NCBI GenBank assembly: GCA_965645245.1
Contig: OZ287088.1
Span: forward strand, 496,001-560,000
Source: Massalongia carnosa
Taxonomy: Eukaryota
Direction: 5' to 3'
DNA length: 64,000 nucleotides
The notes below the pieces were generated by a model that made no database searches, was not told where the DNA came from, and saw nothing but the letters and a program-made list of their open reading frames with translations. Below are positions 47,387-59,518 of the stretch, one piece after another. Position 1 is the stretch's first letter. Every line of letters starts with the position of its first letter. The position numbers and the translations under genes are program-made.

Positions 47387-49413
47387 CAGTGAACCCTAGC
47401 TATAACGAATCGATGATTCCATGAAAAAAATTCGTTATAACCAGTTTTCGTTATAACCTTAATTTCTACGAAAACATCTCATTTCCTACCTAAAATAGCT
47501 GGTAATGGTCATCTGCTTTCTAGTATTGATTTCCCCATTTAGCATAACCTGCTCCGAAGCATTCAAACGTTGAATCAGATCGATGTCGCTATCTTCCTGC
47601 TGCTCATGAAATGTACGTAGTATTCTCAAAGCTTGAATAGCTTCAGAGTATTTCACTGTAGGTTTGACGATCTCATCTTCATCCGATTCTTCAATTTGAC
47701 CCTCGGCGTATGCATCCACAATAGTATCAAGAATGTTATTATCATCATCCTCAATGATTTCTTCCGCGGGATTGAGACATCGTTCAATACTTATGACGTC
47801 TTGAATGCGATCGTTCTTCTTCAACTGCTGCAATATAGTGCTCATCTCTTTTACTAGTTGATTGTAGTGTTCCGTCTCTTGATTAACTGCCTTCGACCAA
47901 CCCTTTTCTTTCGTCCAGCCCATTTTCTTCGCTTGCAATTGCGTAGTAGGTCCGTAATTTGCTGAGAATACCAAAGACTTAATCCAGCAGTTGACGATAG
48001 TAGCGGGTTTGACGTCATACTACCAAGCGGTCATTGACCAACGAATAGCTTGCAAAATATGCATGTTCTTAAAAGGATCTTTGTCCGCATCATACTGATC
48101 ACATAAAAAGGCTAGCCATTTTCGCTTGTAGTGAGCCTTAAACGTCTTGATGATGCCTTGATCCAATGGTTGACATATGCTTGTATCATTGGCAGGAAGA
48201 AATATCACTTTAACGTTTGATTCAGGATTTGATTCTGAATACTGACGATAGCTAGCAACATGAGCTGAAAATCCATCGACTAGCAAGAATACTTTACGAT
48301 TTGTTTAACGACTAAACCATTGCAAATAGTCTTGAAATAATACTCCCGTCATCCATACCTTTCTATTGCTTCGCCATAGCATATTCAGGTTGCTATCGTT
48401 GATCCCCTCACGCGTAAAACAGCGAGGTGTTTTTGCCGTACCAATGAACAAAAGTGGAAGTTTATGAGTGCCCGTTGCATTAACGCAAAAATTAACGGTT
48501 ATTCTAGCTTTCTCAAGCTTTAATCCAGCAGATGAAGCTGTAGCCAACGTTCCATTCGGATTCATCTCCCAATACAAGGCAGCCTCATCCATGTTGTATA
48601 CATCGTCTTGATCGTACGGAGCCAACTTAATTCTCAAGTCCCTCAATTCTTCTTCCACTGTCTCCTTGTCAACTGATGCCGCTTCTCCATGTCGAATACG
48701 AAAGGAGATGGAATGACGAGCTTTAAAAGCATCTAGCCAACCGTTAGAAAATTTGGGCATTTCTTCATGAGAGTATTGAGGAAGTCTTGTCCAGATTTTC
48801 TTTGCCATCTCCTTCAATAACTCTCCCGTCACAGTCGCCTGCTTTGTCTGCATTTGTTGTTGCCATTCTAAAAGAGCCGCTTCAAGATCCGGCCAAAAAG
48901 AAGCTTTCAATCTTTTGATATCAGGTTGAAATGTCTCCTTCTCATTTAAACGATCGTATTTTCGAGAAAGAATATCCGATATTGTAGATTCCGAAGGTGT
49001 ATGACCGAATTCAGCTTCAAACCTGACTTGAAGAGCTTTGCCGAAAGGTCTTTTAACGAAATTATTCTGAACATACTGACGAAGAACGTGTTTTTCTGCA
49101 TCTGTGATAGGTCGACGACGTTTTTTGGAGGAAGAATTCATGATGAGTTGTTGGTTATTAAAAGGATATGTTATCTATCGATAGGATGCTCAGCATGTAG
49201 TACTACGTATCAAGAATTTTTATCAGCTAATCCTAAAAGGGTAATTGTCGAGGTCTAGTTATAGCGAATCACTAAGAAACTTTCTAAAATTGCTTACGAA
49301 TTCGCAATAGGCCGACATTCGTTATTTTACATACAAGAATCGCTCATCCATGAAAAAAAATCGTTATAAGCCGAATTCGTTGGAAAAAGGTTCGTTTTAA
49401 CCAGGGTTCACTG
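47387..49413 (-). mobile_element. pogo/Tigger-like transposon (CENP-B-type HTH + DDE), disrupted
   Basis: TIR CAGTGAACCCT..AACGAA, TA TSD. FSNGWL, YNMDEA, LVDGFSAH, QPLDQGII motifs. Confidence 0.92.
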
Positions 49414-51210
49414 TACTCCTCTTGGATTTTTTCAGCTCTTTATTACGACTCGGCTCTGTCGGACCATCGCATATCACACGAAAATCAAGGCTCACGATCA
49501 TACAGAGAAAGATAAGGAGAATAATCATCGCCAATGGTATGACACCATTTGACCAGAAATTGAGGTTTTTTTGGGCATTCTTTTATTTATATGCATGGAT
49601 CATGCGCCTGCCACGGAAGATTACTGGAATCAATGCTCCGACAAGCCTATTTTCCTATCTATTTCACAAGCCATGTCCCTCGTACGATTTCAACAAATCA
49701 AGAGATTCTTAAAGCATAATAATGGACGCACAGAATCTCTGCGCATGGGCAAAAGGAGTCGATTGGTGGAAGTAGGAACCTCTTGCTACTGATTTTCGTC
49801 AGGACTCGTTGAAGTACTATCAACCAGGAAGCATCATATCAATTGACAAGCAGCTTACTAAATTCGAAGGTCGATCACGTTATACTCTACAAATAACCTC
49901 AAAGCAGGCTGGAAAAGGGTTTAAAATATATAGTCTTTGTCAGAATAACTTCTTGACATCTTTTTTGTTTGCCTCCAAAGTTAGTATCTTTCTAAAAATC
50001 AAATCTCATTTTCCCTTTTTGATCTCTGAATCGTGATCTCTTTCGGACAAAATTCCATGAAACCTTGTGTTTTTGCTGTAAAAACCCTCTGTTTTCTGTC
50101 GCTTTTCCCAACATAAACTGCAATAATTAACACGTATCAGGTCACAAAAATCAGTCAGTTAAAAACCGCTAGACAACTGGACTTTTTAGCAAAGGATTGT
50201 CTTTCGGATAGTGCTTTGCTGGTAATTCAGCTTTGTAAAACACTTCCTGAACCACTGAATTACACTCTTTTCTGCGACAATATCTTTACCAGCACAAAGC
50301 TATTCAAAGCTCTTCGATCACTAGGAATTGCTGCATGTGGAACAGCTAAAAAAGGCTCTGGATTTCCTACGAAGTTGTTGGCTCTGCGGGATGTGGCCAT
50401 TAAATCCAAACATTGGGGACTTCGGGCCAGTACGACTGTGGATGAGGTGCTCTGTTTGAAATTGGTAGACAATAACACCGTTTAGTTGATGACTACTCGT
50501 CATTATCCTCGGGAGCTTGATGACTCGTACTATTTATATCCGCTTAAAAGGCATGGAATTCCAGAAGATTCCGTTCAGCCAATCATACCCATACCATAAT
50601 ATCCCTCAATGTACGCTCATATGATTTTGCTGCCTGATTAAATACCCTCATGGCCTTTAGGCCTACCGATTCCCGCACCAGTCAGAGAATATAATCTTCA
50701 CATTGGTGGGTCAGATATGAATGCTCAGCAGAGAGCGGTTTATTCTTATCAACACCGAAGCAATCGATATTGGTGGCCACTGTTTATTTTTTGTTAGATG
50801 CTGCTGCGCTCAATGCATACAAGCTTTATTTAATTGATAATTTCAGAACAGAAGGAAAATAACTCACTCGTACGGATTTTACTCATCATTTTACCCTCAG
50901 TCTGATAAAGAATCCCGCTGGACAAACCCGACGACATGAGTCAAAGATAAGGATTCAGACCAACTCTGAGCCTTTCTGAGCACCATTATATTTATCTGGA
51001 GAAGAAGCGGAAATGCGAGCCCTGCAATGTCAATAAAATAAGGCCCTCCAAAAGAAAAGGGGAGCCTTTGGCTGAAAGAGACGCTAATGACAGGAAAAGA
51101 AAGCAGCGAGGTTCTCAAACAAGATGGGCGTGTAGAGGATGTCATCCAATCAGACCTTGCTGTAAAAATCAGGCCTGCTAGGCGGCAATACATTTGAACA
51201 GAAAGAAGTA

Positions 51211-53328
51211 ACGTCTTAGCCACCCATTCGGGCCAGCCATCCAATCGGGCCACCCCTCGAAATCTAGTAGCTGAATATTAATCTTTTCCTTCCAATCCAC
51301 TACCATCACTCCTTTATCGATAAACTATATATAAAATGCCTAAAAACATACCCGTACATGACTCTGCTACTAGATTACAGTTGGCTATTGATGAAATACG
51401 GAAAAACCCGGGCATTTCGCAGCGGGAGATAGCGCGCATTTACGGAGTTCCCCGATCGACCTTACAAGCCCGTCTTCAAGGCAGAGGAGACGCAAAAACC
51501 TCCCATGAGGCCACTCAAAGACTATCAGTAGAAGAAGAAAAGGGCTTGATCACGTGGATAGATCGGATAACTGCATGGGGTTGGCTACCCAGTATTCTAC
51601 ATCTTGAGGGCATGACTAAAAGTCTGCTGGAAGCAAAAGGAGACTCAAAACCTCTAGGACATTATTGGTATAAAAATTTCATGAACAGACATCCCCAATA
51701 CAGAACTAAATTTAAAAGAAACTTGGATCAATCCAGAAAGACGCAAGTCATCCCAAAATCCTGGAGGAATAGTTTGAACTGTGAATGACTACCTGAGCAA
51801 AATTTAGAGTCGCAGATGAAGATATTTAAAATATGGATAAAAAGGGTTTTGCCATGGGCATTGCGGATAGTTCTAAAGTGATAGTCAAGAGGGAAACAAC
51901 CTATTAAATGTGCATCCAGGGAATAGGGACTGGGTTTCTTTAATCGAATGCATATCCTCTCGCGGAATAGTTCTCCCTACCAATATCATTTTCCAGGGTA
52001 GTCAGGTTCAAAAATATTGGTTAGAGGCTATTGCTGATCCTTTGACCACTCTGCAAGTCAGCCCTGACAGTTGGACGGATGCAGAGATAGGTTTTCATTG
52101 ACTAGAACATGTCTTCCATCCGCAGACAAAACGCACACAGGGGATTTATAGAATGTTGATTGTGGATGGTCATGAAAGTCATATATCCATAAATTTTATT
52201 AAGTTCTGCGACTAGGAGAAAATCATAGCCCTTTGTTTGCCACCTCATTCTACTCATCTATTGCAGTCATTAGATGTGGGTGTTTTTGGCCCGCTATCTA
52301 AGGCTTATAAGACGCTTGTTTCTGCGCGGTCTCGTTACGGGGCCGTAAATATCTCGAAATTGGAGTTCCTACTGTGAGGCGAAGTACGAACAGTGTGACT
52401 ATATGGCTCTACAGTAGTGGTAGGACAATAAAATAGGAGTCGCTATGGAACAGCAGTAGGTGGAGTGTAATCAATAGATTGATCAGTGGCCCTCCGAAAG
52501 AGGTGGGCGAAGGGCTGTTTATCCTATAGCCCCACCTTGATCAGGCCACGTTCGTCAAACTAATTGCTATTACATGATTGGACCGGTTAAGACTATCGCA
52601 TGGGTGTCTTCCCGCGCACCCCCTGCAGAAGTGTGCGACCGCTTCCTGTCTTATAGAAAGCTTTCCTGAAACCTGCACCTTATTCAGGAGGCTAGAAAGC
52701 AAGCTATGACGTTCATCAATATCATGAATACATGGCGCGGAGCAGGTCTTATTCCATACAATCCCGAGCATGTTTTAGGCAAATTGCCTAGATCTATCAT
52801 TCCTTCACCTCGTGACATCGTTACCACTACCCCCGCAACGAACAAACGCATTCAGGTAGCTAGCGATGCTTTGTTAACCCGTGTAACTCAATTTCTCCGC
52901 GCGCATGTTGAATTGCTCCAAACAACCGTATTGAATGCCGTGGCTTATAGAGTTATCCTACGGCATACCAATCAGGAACTAGTTGAAAAACAGGCTCAGC
53001 GACGCCAAAAGGCGTCTAGAAAGGGGTGTGATAAAGCGAGGGTGCTTTCTGTGGGTGAGGAGCTGGCTAAGATCGAAGAGAAATTGCAAAAAGAGGAGGC
53101 ATTAGCCAGAGAAAAAGGGCGATATCATGCTTTAAATTGTAAAGTGAAGTTCGCAAAGGCCGTCTGGAAAGAAATGCGTATAGATACTGATATTTTTAGT
53201 TAATTTTGGGGATGGTAGAAGCATTGTGGTAATGTTATTTTCCTTTTGGTGGAGGGGGATAGTTGGCCAGGATAGTTTTGATAGGGTGGCCCGATTGGGT
53301 GGCTGGCCCGAATGGGTGGCTAATACGT
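51211..53328 (+). mobile_element. Fot1/pogo-like transposon, disrupted
   Basis: ~45-bp TIR ACGT.TTAGCCACCCATTCGGGCC.., TA TSD. YGVPRSTL, NMD.KGF, IVDGHESH, LDVGVFGPL motifs. Confidence 0.92.
52373..52671. repeat. Solo LTR family F
   Basis: Near-identical to 45128-45426. TSD CCTAC/CCTGC. Confidence 0.9.
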
Positions 53329-54098
53329 TAGATAGAGTTCAGGTAGATAGTAATTGATTGGGCAATTCTTAAATAGGGTCAGAAAGGGGTAGCAAGCCGC
53401 TTATTTGATTGGTAGATATTTAAAGTTTCGGGAGCTCTATACTATCTATAGCTAGTGCGAGAGGGGGGTGCCAATTCACAAGCGAGAGGGATAGACGTTC
53501 GAGGAGAATCTCGAATGTTCTTTGATCAACATGTATATAACATCACACTTACGCATCGACTAGAGATCAGTAACAGTAATCTGAATTATTTCATTCATAG
53601 AAGTTCTGTACTATCCAGAGATATCTGGCACCCTGCCACCTATTTTCTGTGCATTGGGTCTATCATTCTCTATCCATCCCTCTCATTTTAAAACACGTCT
53701 TAGCGAGGAGCGCCGGCCGTTCGAGCAGCCGGGGGGTTATCGAACTCATGACTGTGCTCTGGAGGTGAAAGAGCTCTTTCTTTCGATTCTGGAAGCTTTG
53801 AAGGTTCTGGAATAAGGACCAGCCCGGATTCTCACGAGTGGTCGTTCTGGAAAGCTGAAAGAGCAGGTCGTTGTCCCTTTCTAAATGTACTGGAATATCT
53901 AGAAGACTGGAAGAGTTCTTATAAGCATTAAAGGTAGTTAAATTTTGTCAGGCAGCTTGCCCTGATATTATTCAGTAGCTATAAACTAGAATTTGACTAA
54001 AAGGAGGAAAGTAAAGAAACATCATCGCTGAATCCTAAACATAATCTACCGTGCAGCGCTAGCTACTGCTTAGGCGAGTCACCGTATCCGGTGACTAC

Positions 54099-54274
54099 CA
54101 GAGCATGTCGGGTCAGTCCAGGACCCTGACACCGTTCGACCCGGTTGATTTTTTATGTCAGTTTTAAGACGTGTTTTTTAGACGTTTTAAACACATTTGA
54201 AAATTCTGAAAATTCTGGAAATTAGTCATCAAGAAATGATAATTAGTAAGCAAAAATTTTACAACTTTAAACGT
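54099..54274. mobile_element. hAT-like terminal fragment interrupting the Gypsy 3 5' LTR
   Basis: Starts CAGAGCATG where LTR homology stops. Homologous to the relic at 25320-25455. Confidence 0.55.
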
Positions 54275-54410
54275 TTGCCTTAGTAAATCAAACGTGCATG
54301 GCTCTATGAGCCGGCTTAGCCCCTTCGTGTTAGCGGCCCTTAAGCTGACTACTCATGCTACGGACGGCACGTCTGAGTACAAAACTCTGAATTTTTGTCA
54401 GATCCGGCTT
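54275..54410. mobile_element. One terminus of the TTGCC long-TIR family
   Basis: TTGCCTTAGTAAATCAAACGTGC..GCACGTCTGAGTACAAAACT matches the arms of 21816-22606. Confidence 0.75.
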
Positions 54411-55080
54411 ATTTTGGTATGCGCTTATAAAAATTTTTATCTTAACCTCAAAAATCATCAAGAATTAAGTTGACGGCGGAATCAACAACGTGCAACGACA
54501 TTTCATAAATTATGTTCAAATAGAAATGATGTTTTGATATACGATCTATCGATTAACCAATATTTTAATTATATATCGATATAGGATTGAGTCACAATAT
54601 CGATCTCGTGACGAGGACTCGGCTTTGACTCGAAATTTCGACATCACCACAGCAGACTCAACTGGTCACTAGCTCTAGTTTTTCATTGTCGGCACTTTTG
54701 ATCATTAATCTGATCCTCCGAGCGTTGTTTTTTTGGAAAGTCTAAAATCGTCGAATATGATGAGCCTGCTTGATGTGAGTTTTGCGGGCTAAGAAATAGA
54801 CGATCCTATAGCGTCGATAACTCGCGAGCAGGTGACGACCGTGATTTTAAGTAGATTCGGCTTTTCGCTAATAAATAAGCAAGTTGACGCTATCATGACT
54901 TTGGTAAACAATCAAAAGAATCTGATATTTATCGCCAAACTGAATTTGGAAACAGTATTATCTTTCAAGCTATGCCGTTAATGTTCTCTTGTCTTAAGAT
55001 CGCTTTAATTATCATGCCTCTCAAGACCTTAGAAGCTTAACAGTGCAAAAAATTGAGCCTTACCGAGGATGCAAGCCTTT

Positions 55081-56686
55081 TGTAATAGGCTACGAGACCA
55101 GTAAGCTTATCACGAGCGACACTAATCTCGAAAGGGGAAATGCTCAGCGTGAGAGGTGGAAGATAGCTACTACGTGCTAGTCTCCGAAAGTATACGTGAT
55201 CCAAAGAACTAATGGATGTGGAAGTGCTTAGACCAAGAGATCTCGTCCGAGACCTAAACGTAGGTTGTTCATAGAATAAAGACTAATTTCTAACGAATAC
55301 TACAAGATTCGTTCTGATATTTATCCTACTCATCCTAAGCCTATAGCCTTGGGAGCCTTGGAACCTTAGGAGCCTTGCAAGCCTTGGGAGCCTTGCGAGC
55401 CTTACAGCCTTGCAATCCACATCCGACTTTATCGCATTACATCCAACCATCCCTCAGGATCCATCCACGAACTCGGCGTTCGCTGGATCATCTAGTCAGC
55501 CTCGAGCAGCCTTCTAGATCTTCCCTTGCAAGGTAGAACAATTCTACCCCCGGCTAGATCCCTCACTACATGCCTCAGGCTATGTAGCTTCATTTCGCCG
55601 TCACCACTGTGACGAAGCGAGATAGTGAATAGATTTCTACCATTGCGCCACCTGTCCTTCCCGACCAAAAGGCACAATACTTAGTCCGCAGACCAAGCTC
55701 TATTCTACTATAACTGGGTCTCCTGCTATGTTTGCTGTAGGTCCTGCCGTCCGCACCACGCTTGGTCGAACCGTTACACTACCGCCCGTCTAGCTGCGGC
55801 TAGCCCCTAGCCGCTTCCAGTTATAGTTAGCCCCGAAGAATGGGCTCTTCTTAGCGTACCGCCCTCGCCGATCCGACTTAGAGAGTTTTCATCCAACGCT
55901 TTCCCGTTTCGTCCTAGCTTCAGTCCGTCGAAGCAAGGCGAAAAAGCGAGGAACTCAAGTCAGGAATCGAACTCACGACTAGTACACCGATTGATGACTA
56001 AGTATTCTGTGACGAAGCGAGATAGTGAATAGATTTCTACCATTGCGCCACCTGTCCTTCCCGACCAAAAGGCACAATACTTAGTCCGCAGACCAAGCTC
56101 TATTCTACTATAACTGGGTCTCCTGCTATGTTTGCTGTAGGTCCTGCCGTCCGCACCACGCTTGGTCGAACCGTTACAACCACTACCTAGTGATGGAAGG
56201 TTACCTCCGACTGAATACCTCGCTACACTGCGGACCTGCCTCTAGACAAAAGGACTAGACAACGAGGTCATGTAGGTTCATTCCGCCGACATTACTACCA
56301 ACGTAGTAATAAAGGTTGAAGCTGAAGTTTACACCGGGGAGCCTAGCTCAAACTGCGTCCAGCGAGCCGTGCCTCCTGCTACCTCTCTTGAACCATCAAG
56401 AGATCCAGTAGCTCCGAGTAGGCCAGTAGATCCCATATAGAGTTCCTTGGCGTCTCCACAGGAGTCCGCCTTACACTCCATGGCAATCTACCACCACGGC
56501 CTCGACAGGTGTTTGATCTGTAAGTAGTCAAGAACGTGATAACAATAACTCCGAAGTTTCGGGGCAAGATGGCAGTGTGTCAGCCTCGACGGCTTATGCG
56601 ACTTCGTACTACGGCATGGTCCACGCTAGTTAATCCCGCAACCTCCATAGGCGAGCACGTATCCCTCTAGCGCCATCCGTATTACA
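55081..56686. repeat. Long solo-LTR-like insertion J (~1 kb without its nested TRIM)
   Basis: TGTAATA..TATTACA with CCTTT TSD. Short AGCCTTG repeats at ~55340-55412. Confidence 0.8.
55608..56178 (-). mobile_element. TRIM-like element 2 (171-bp LTRs, 229-bp core)
   Basis: LTRs 55608-55778 and 56008-56178 look identical. ACCAC TSD. PPT-like AGACGGGCGGTAG on the - strand. Confidence 0.93.
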
Positions 56687-56723
56687 CCTTTCGTGTTGGA
56701 CATTCTTCTAATTTAAAGTTAAT

Positions 56724-57006
56724 CGTAAGGGGTCAAGTCTAACAGCGTGATTGCTATATGGATTCGTGATGAATGTACGAATAGAGAGTGGTAAATCAAT
56801 AAATTGATCTGTGACCCTCGAAAGAAGTGGGCGATCGGGTCTTTATCCTATAGCCCAACTTCTTCGGGTCACGATTCCGTTGATTTAATTACAGTGATTA
56901 TGATTGATACAATGATAAGAAGAATACGAACACGAGCCGTATCCTAGTCGGAGATCGGAGATCGGTTTTAACTACCCGCTTATGTCAGGACGTGCGTGAC
57001 CTGACA
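56724..57006 (-). repeat. Solo LTR of the Gypsy 2 family
   Basis: Reverse complement of 30908-31195. TTAAT TSD. Confidence 0.9.
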
Positions 57007-57281
57007 TTAATTCGTGAAAAATAATATACGCATCGTATGTATTCAAATTATGATTGAGATAAATATAAAAACTTACTCATTAATATGAATAGTTTTTACT
57101 AGCTAAGAGATAGCGACGTCAAAGCTGTTTCATCAGGAGGTTCTAAGGTATCCAAGTTTCTTCTTGAATTTATATCTTTTAACTCTTGATAAGATACATC
57201 ATATATCCAAATGGCGAGGTTTCCGGCCCGAATACTTCAATCCACTTTTTGATGTTTCGGTTAACTGTTGATAGTTGTTCG

Positions 57282-57765
57282 TGTAATAGGGTAGGCCTAG
57301 TATGCGTTCGTTGAACGTAAGACTGGCCTATGTGGCTATGTGGGATACGTACAGCCAAAACAACTACCAAGACAATAAGGTCCCGCCTAACCCAGTTAGG
57401 CATAGTGTGGGGACTTAACTTATTATGGAGGTGTTTTCGTAGTACACGAAGTATCCCCTCGCCTCGCCTCACCTCCCCTAGCTCACCTGCCTAGTCTTAT
57501 CTACCCGTGTCTTTCGGTGTCCGAAGTATTTCGGAGTCCGAAAATACCAGGTAGTATGGGCAAGGTATAGAAGAAGAGCTTAGGTTATGGATTGTCCTAT
57601 CCTATATAGATCAATGATTAAGCACTTTAAAAGGGTAGCATTTAGTCTACCCTTTGACCCGACCCAACCTATTTGTACCTCTATTGTGACCATCACGTTG
57701 TGTAGCCCCTGTGGATCCCATCTTCCAGTAGTGAATGCCTGCTGGGAGAAGGTCTCCCCGTTTCA
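57282..57765. repeat. Solo LTR family G
   Basis: TGTAA..TTTCA with GTTCG TSD. Confidence 0.9.
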
Positions 57766-57850
57766 GTTCGTGCCAGTAGCGCAAAACATCTATTATTTAT
57801 TGCGAATAAGTCTACAGAACATGATTACCAGTTTTGGAGTTTGTCTGTGC

Positions 57851-58093
57851 TGTTATGATCTACCTACAGAAAAGTCATAGGGATGCTAGAAACGAATTCA
57901 ATAAAGATGAAGAGGGAAAAGAAAATCGACAACCAGAACCTGCCCCTATATATCTTCTACTGCGCTAGTACCCATGTGGTATAGTCGTCATGGAATCTTC
58001 TAGTAGTTGCGGGAACGAAATCGAAAGTGCCTGCGTGTTCTATCTATGATTGCCCTAGGCGGTGCCGAGGTCGTGCCGAGTAGAATCGTGACA
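57851..58093. repeat. Solo LTR family K
   Basis: TGTTA..TGACA with TGTGC TSD. Confidence 0.92.
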
Positions 58094-58116
58094 TGTGCAA
58101 GCAACATGAGCAGGCC

Positions 58117-58239
58117 TACGCCGCGCAACGGGTTGGGTTAAACCCATCGGGTTTGGGTCAGGTTTCGGGTCGGGTCGGACTCCCTCGAACTCGACCCGAC
58201 GGGTTTGGGTATTTTATGCGGGTTTCCGGGTTAAACCGT
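58117..58239. mobile_element. hAT terminus interrupted by Gypsy 4
   Basis: TACGCCGCG.. start with GGGTT/CGGGT subterminal repeats, as at 18057. Confidence 0.7.
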
Positions 58240-58645
58240 TGTGGAAGGAGGAACTGGGTTGTGTGCGTGGTCCACTACTGCTAGGAGTGCAAGAGAACAA
58301 ACCAACAAGAGAAGAACAGAACAATAGAATAAGAACAATAGCTAGACTGATCACTGTAAGCCTCGCGCCTCGTGCCTGATGCCTCGTGCCTGTGAACTGT
58401 ATGTGTTGATGCTATGTGTTGTAGCTATTGCTACGAACATGCTTGCTCTAAAAGGAAAAGAACTATCTATAACTAAACTAAAAGAAAGACTGTCACCTGA
58501 CTTCCCCGCTACCTTTACCGAGTATCAGCCGAAAAGAACCAACTCCCGAACCGCTAGCAATTTGAATTTAGAGTATCACCGCTCCACCACCCTACATAGT
58601 TCCCCTATCTCTTTAGGTGTCGACCACTGACACCTATCACTGTTC

Positions 58646-59161
58646 CTACTCCAGCGTTCGCTTCATTCCGGCCTCAGCAAACACTAACTCCTCCTCATCC
58701 AGCTCGGGTCCCGGCGTCGTATCAATGTCATCAGAGATGTGAGGAATAGGCCTGCCATGTGACTCTCGCTTTAACCGAAAAGATGACCTAGTCCCAAAGT
58801 CCTCTTCCTCTGCTTTCTTCACATGCTGAAACATAATAATGGCCTCCTTTAGTGTCCGATTCCTCCATTCTCCAACTGCCCGTGACAGTTGGGCCATATC
58901 CACCTCCTCAATAACATCTTCTCGTTGAGCTTTGAACTCTTCTTCTTTCATCACCGAGGCCCAGGCATCATTCTGTATGACATAGTCATAATAGTCCACT
59001 ATGCTATCCCCTAGCATATGCTGGAACTCTATTAGCTGCGATTCTATGGTCCTCTGTCCCTCGTATCGGTCTGCTTGGGTCAATGTCTCAAGAAAAGCTA
59101 GTGCGTCTGTCATGTGGTGGAAGCGGTCATTTCCTAGGACAATGACTAATTGGAAAGACAT
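58646..59161 (-). CDS. Extra ORF of unknown function between pol and the 3' LTR of Gypsy 4
   Basis: 171-aa acidic ATG ORF ending ~14 nt before the putative LTR. Confidence 0.5.
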   Translation of the reverse strand: MSFQLVIVLGNDRFHHMTDALAFLETLTQADRYEGQRTIESQLIEFQHMLGDSIVDYYDYVIQNDAWASVMKEEEFKAQREDVIEEVDMAQLSRAVGEWRNRTLKEAIIMFQHVKKAEEEDFGTRSSFRLKRESHGRPIPHISDDIDTTPGPELDEEELVFAEAGMKRTLE

Positions 59162-59518
59162 GCCAAAAGATGTAAGGCAAGTAAGGTAAGATAAATTGTT
59201 CCAAGTTATCGAGTAGCTTGCTGACTTTCGCTTAGATAAGAAGTTGAGCTTAGCAGAGATGTTTGCTGATAGGAAGATAGTATATGTGCTGATCAGGTAG
59301 GTAGTAAAAGCTAGATAATTTGCTGAGTTCTGGTAGTATGGAAAAGGTAAAACATGGAGGTGAGGATTCGGAAGATGGCAGTTTCGACTAAGGTTGGTGA
59401 AGTTTTCGTTGAATTTTGGTAAGTGTGAAATGAAACTATTCCGAAGGTTCGTGTGCTTCCTCCGCTGACAATATGCATTTTACTAAGGAAATTCGTTCGA
59501 TATAGGTAGTCGGATATG

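Larger units (their letters stand above)
47016..53490 (+). mobile_element. piggyBac-like copy C, both TIRs present, two nested DNA transposons
   Basis: ~38-bp TIR CCCTCTCGCT(G/T)GTGAATTGGCACCCCC..CGCACTA. Degenerate transposase 47197-51200, collinear with copy A. Confidence 0.9.
28357..54098 (-). mobile_element. Ty3/Gypsy chromovirus 3, expanded to ~26 kb by nested insertions (3' LTR in pieces 28357-40747; 5' LTR 53946-54098)
   Basis: LTR fragments 28357-28390, 28707-28780 and 40707-40747 align with 53946-54098. PPT at 40748-40758. gag and pol ORFs at 46901-40795. Confidence 0.85.
54760..56703 (+). pseudogene. N-terminal remnant of a RecQ-like SF2 helicase, split by insertion 55081-56686
   Basis: Manual translation: RFGFSLINKQVDAIMTL..LIFIAK(T)EFGNSIIFQAMP..ALIIMPLKTLEA*Q..GCKPFVLD, resembling RecQ motifs 0, I and Ia. 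Contains frameshifts and stops. Confidence 0.7.

Noticed and set aside
57110..58116. Degenerate minus-strand coding remnant split by LTRs G and K (..IIDVLRYWHEQLSTVNRNIKKWIEVFGPETSPFG..)
   Set aside because: Contains stops and no recognisable motif; cannot be assigned without a search.
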